Below, one piece after another: positions 15,362 through 15,619 of a stretch of DNA of 15,619 nt. The notes under the pieces were generated by a model. The model was not told where the DNA came from. It saw only the letters and a list, made by a program, of their open reading frames with translations, and did not search any database. The position numbers were made by a program, and so were the translations under genes. Each line of letters starts with the position of its first letter. Within the stretch, counting starts at the first letter, position 1. Source of the stretch: Candidatus Staskawiczbacteria bacterium RIFCSPHIGHO2_02_FULL_34_10 (GTDB lineage Bacteria > Patescibacteriota > Minisyncoccia > Minisyncoccales > Staskawiczbacteraceae); assembly GCA_001821915.1 (NCBI GenBank), contig MHOR01000007.1, positions 18,240-33,858 of the forward strand, written 5' to 3'.

Positions 15362-15469
15362 GCTTTCGTTGTTGTTTGCACCCCTGCCGACGGAGCGACG
15401 AGGAAATTATTCTATTATAGTCTAAAACAACAATTTTACACAATTTTCTAATAAAAGCAACTCTTTTAG

Positions 15470-15512
15470 TAAAAAACAAAAACCCTATTAAAATAGGGTT
15501 TTTGTTTTTTTT
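15470..15512. terminator. Rho-independent, possibly bidirectional terminator after the upstream minus-strand gene
   Basis: AAAAAACAAAAACCCTATTAAAATAGGGTTTTTGTTTTTTTT. The stem AAACCCTAT/ATAGGGTTT has an AAA loop and is flanked by A-runs and T-runs. Confidence 0.55.
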
Positions 15513-15522
15513 GTCTAATTTA

Positions 15523-15619
15523 TTCTTCTTCGTCGGGCAATATTTCTTCCTCCTCATCATCTTTTTCTTCTTTCTCATCATCTTTCGCTTCATCTTCACT
15601 TTCTTCATTGTCATCTATA
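15523..15619 (-). CDS. 3' end of a minus-strand CDS with a highly acidic C-terminal tail (…IDDNEESEDEAKDDEKEEKDDEEEEILPDEEE*)
   Basis: The frame is open to the window edge, with a stop (TAA, complement of 15520-15522) 8 nt before the terminator hairpin. The overlapping 98-aa Lys-rich ORF in the track is the wrong frame. Confidence 0.4.

Noticed and set aside
15385-15440. tRNA or other small RNA gene in the GC-rich patch
   Set aside because: No cloverleaf could be drawn by eye and there is no GTTCRANYC T-loop motif. It is kept only as a possible structured leader in the corresponding finding.
15318-15614. Minus-strand 98-aa Lys/Arg-rich ORF
   Set aside because: It spans a terminator hairpin and is the wrong frame of the acidic-tail gene at 15523..15619. 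Its composition is just the translation of A-rich DNA.

Overview
The window is AT-rich (roughly 25-30% GC by eye) and covers a bacterial chromosomal replication-origin neighbourhood. On the minus strand the conserved block rpmH-rnpA-yidC-jag is present; rpmH is absent from the ORF track but reads as a clean 44-aa L34 at 9964..10098. On the plus strand, dnaA and dnaN lie past an AT-rich spacer that carries one perfect DnaA box (TTATCCACA, 10277..10285). A class-A penicillin-binding protein runs convergently into dnaN across a bidirectional terminator. The short YidC, the absence of Shine-Dalgarno sequences and the gene content are typical of small-genome, CPR/Patescibacteria-like bacteria; that placement is inference. 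Upstream of jag sits an accessory plus-strand operon. It holds type-IV-secretion-like genes: a PrgI/VirB3-like small membrane protein, a VirB4/TraC-family ATPase, and a signal-peptide pilin-like protein with a large Cys-rich C-terminal domain. Three paralogous small four-helix-bundle genes (Avd-like, '23S rRNA intervening-sequence protein' family) are interleaved with these T4SS genes. Each four-helix-bundle gene is bracketed by AT-rich imperfect inverted repeats. One cassette sits exactly where the VirB4 gene is broken into an N-terminal 220-aa ORF and a C-terminal 599-aa ORF. A second copy carries an in-frame TAA. An ORF-less copy of the same repeat arms (18/18 and 27/30 nt matches) lies in the rpmH-rnpA spacer. 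This looks like a family of inverted-repeat-bounded, IVS-like or MITE-like cassettes colonising a protein-coding operon; to my knowledge that is not a described element type. Separately, a gene encoding an SPFH/band-7-like membrane protein at 867..2090 is strikingly GC-richer (about 45-50% by eye) than its surroundings, has a strong bidirectional terminator and a 5' leader inverted repeat, and is probably horizontally acquired.
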